Assembly (NCBI GenBank): GCA_965223415.1
Contig: OZ245002.1
Coordinates: forward strand, 64,001-128,000
Direction: 5' to 3'
DNA from: Myxococcota bacterium
GTDB taxonomy: Bacteria > Myxococcota_A > UBA9160 > UBA6930
DNA length: 64,000 nucleotides
In this document: positions 63,738 through 64,000 of the stretch, one piece after another
How positions within the stretch are numbered: position 1 is the stretch's first letter
Layout: every line of letters starts with the position of its first letter
The notes under the pieces: model-generated
What the model was told of the DNA's origin: nothing
What the model saw: only the letters and a program-made list of their open reading frames with translations
Database searches by the model: none
Program-made: the position numbers and the translations under genes

Positions 63738-64000
63738 ACCGACCCGGTGTGGATCGGAACCGCGGTTCAGCCCGGCGGAAGGGCGTCGGGAGCGGCCCGG
63801 CGCGCCCGCGGGAGGACCGGCGGAGAGCCCCCTGGAGCGGAGCCACTGCCGGCGACCGTCCCGAGGCGTACCGGCACGCCGGCCCCGGCGGCGGCCTGCC
63901 GCACCCCGCGCTCGGCGTCCCGGCCGCGGCTGCCGCAGACCAGCCGAAGGTGCAGTGCTGCGGGCCGTTCCTGGAGCGCCAGGGCGGCCCCGCGCACCAC

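Noticed and set aside
63767..64000. Minus-strand ORF fragment at the window end
   Set aside because: May be the 3' end of a real gene, but it is too short and featureless to assign.
1..64000. tRNA, rRNA, riboswitch, defence or prophage genes
   Set aside because: None recognised by eye; intergenic gaps are short. A covariance-model search would be needed to exclude small RNAs.

Overview
High-GC bacterial chromosome segment. Gene content and order (lpxA-lpxI-Gfo/Idh/MocA-lpxB, yicC-remA-gmk-rel, BamA with an extra N-terminal domain, DUF4388 proteins, HEAT/GAF-containing che cluster) suggest a deltaproteobacterial, Myxococcota-like diderm; this taxonomy is inference. Most of the window is core genome: purM; a large LPS/outer-membrane region (msbA-like ABC transporter, glycosyltransferases, hldA, waaF, lptF, Kdo kinase, lpxK, waaA, lpxB, lpxI, lpxA, skp, bamA, lolD/lolE, lnt, lptE); and translation/replication genes (lysS, frameshifted prfB, ybeY, phoH, rpsT, holA). 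A 5 kb TetR-controlled catabolic islet (20.7-25.6 kb) interrupts the LPS region, and a 14 kb chemosensory cluster (49.3-63.6 kb) carries unusual accessory proteins. Best leads: (i) three sigma-28-like promoter motifs that tie the che cluster to both DUF4388 loci; (ii) a 37-bp-period triplication of the GAF gene 3' end; (iii) LolE and BamA with extra domains; (iv) probable CTG and ATC start codons and a 10-codon bridging mini-ORF after purM. I saw no tRNA, rRNA, CRISPR array, transposase or integrase. All protein calls come from motif recognition by eye, without database searches.
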